NCBI GenBank assembly: GCA_044239605.1
Contig: JBIIBC010000002.1
Coordinates: 135,441 to 199,440, forward strand
Direction: 5' to 3'
Source: Bacteroidia bacterium
GTDB lineage: Bacteria; Bacteroidota; Bacteroidia; UKL13-3
DNA: 64,000 nt
Both the position numbers and the translations under genes were made by a program. Below are positions 63,000-64,000 of this stretch, in pieces (within the stretch, counting starts at the first letter, position 1; each line of letters begins with the position of its first letter). The notes under the pieces are model-generated. The model had not been told where the DNA came from, did not search any database, and saw nothing but the letters and a program-made list of their open reading frames with translations.

Positions 63000-64000
63000 T
63001 TAGTAACCAAAAATATCGGTAATGCTTACTTCTACCAATTTACCATATTTGGTTAAGTCTTCCATTTTTACTTTATCTTTTGATGCTACAATCGAATAAA
63101 AATAAGGCTTGCCGGTATAATTGGTTTTATAAAAATTATTGATGCTTTCAAAATTTAAATTGTCAATTTGTTCGTATACATCTTTTCTTAAATCGTGGTG
63201 AACACCCAATTTTTGATTGTTTACATAATTAAAAATAATTGACTCATCGTTGATACGCTCAGTTTCAATGCTGTTTTTAATTGAAGCTTTTGCGTTATCA
63301 ATATTGGCTTCGTTTTTAGGTAACAAAGTTAACAATTCATTCATGGCAGGAATGGCTTCATTTATTTTATCGGCTTGTGTGCCTACATATGCTATGGTGT
63401 AGTATGGGTCAGTATTCTTGCTTGGTGTTTGATAATACGAGTAAGTTGAATAAGCTAAAGCTTTACTCTCGCGAATGGTTTGAAACACAATACTACTCAT
63501 ACCACCACCAAAATATTCATTAAACAATTGCAAGGTTGGAACCGAGGTTGAATCAAAGTTTTTATCCGACTTGTTAATCCACGAAACTTCAGCTTGAACC
63601 ATTTTATAATCAGTAAAATAAACGGTATTTTCTTTGGTTTCGTTTCTGGTAAATTTAACCGCAGCAGGATATGCTAACTGTTTTGAAGGCAATTTATGAA
63701 ACTGCGCTAATGATTTTTTGAAATCAGCTACAAGACGTGGACCAAAGTAATAAATGGTGTGTTTGTATTGGTTAATTTTTTTGATGTAATTATCTACTAA
63801 ATCTTTTGCATTTAAAGCACGTAACTCAACTTCGGTTAAATTATAAGTAGTAGGATTTTTTGCACCATACATGGCATAAGCCATCAATGCACTTCTAATA
63901 GCACCTTTGCTTAATTTTGCATCGGCTCTTCCTTTTAAAATACGCTCAACCAAATTGTTCAATGCATCAGCATCGGGTTTTGCATTTGCTAATAATGTTT
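63000..64000 (-). CDS. M16 (insulinase/pitrilysin) family peptidase, C-terminal part. The gene continues past the window end.
   Basis: Reading frame is open to position 64000. The reported Met is actually a TTG codon. M16 C-terminal-domain-like sequence. Confidence 0.45.
   Translation of the reverse strand, partial: TLLANAKPDADALNNLVERILKGRADAKLSKGAIRSALMAYAMYGAKNPTTYNLTEVELRALNAKDLVDNYIKKINQYKHTIYYFGPRLVADFKKSLAQFHKLPSKQLAYPAAVKFTRNETKENTVYFTDYKMVQAEVSWINKSDKNFDSTSVPTLQLFNEYFGGGMSSIVFQTIRESKALAYSTYSYYQTPSKNTDPYYTIAYVGTQADKINEAIPAMNELLTLLPKNEANIDNAKASIKNSIETERINDESIIFNYVNNQKLGVHHDLRKDVYEQIDNLNFESINNFYKTNYTGKPYFYSIVASKDKVKMEDLTKYGKLVEVSITDIFGY

Overview
This looks like a chromosomal segment from an AT-rich Bacteroidota (Flavobacteriia-like) genome. 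The evidence is Bacteroidota-style gene content, T9SS type A and type B C-terminal sorting domains, a LytS/LytTR two-component system with a beta-propeller sensor, and OmpA/TSP3 and PKD surface proteins. I found no rRNA, tRNA or CRISPR array. Most of the window is ordinary housekeeping and envelope genes, but four loci stand out.

- **icmF insertion.** A 2.2 kb, extremely AT-rich, single-gene insertion sits in the 3' end of icmF. It is bounded by an 88-bp direct repeat whose two copies encode the identical IcmF C-terminus but differ at 8 synonymous sites.
- **Scar next to xseB.** xseB is present but its usual partner xseA is reduced to a roughly 45-codon remnant. The adjacent non-coding stretch carries two GC-rich hairpins and five 9-bp direct repeats at exact 21-bp phase.
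- **T9SS LamG tandem array.** Two small T9SS LamG-domain proteins and a 1909-aa LamG/Ig adhesin share swapped 5' leader and 3' terminator modules. A beta-propeller LytS/LytTR two-component system lies immediately upstream.
- **Redox operon.** An aminotransferase is followed by an unusual FAD-monooxygenase::DsbA fusion.

All calls are made by eye from the sequence and the ORF translations. No database search was run.
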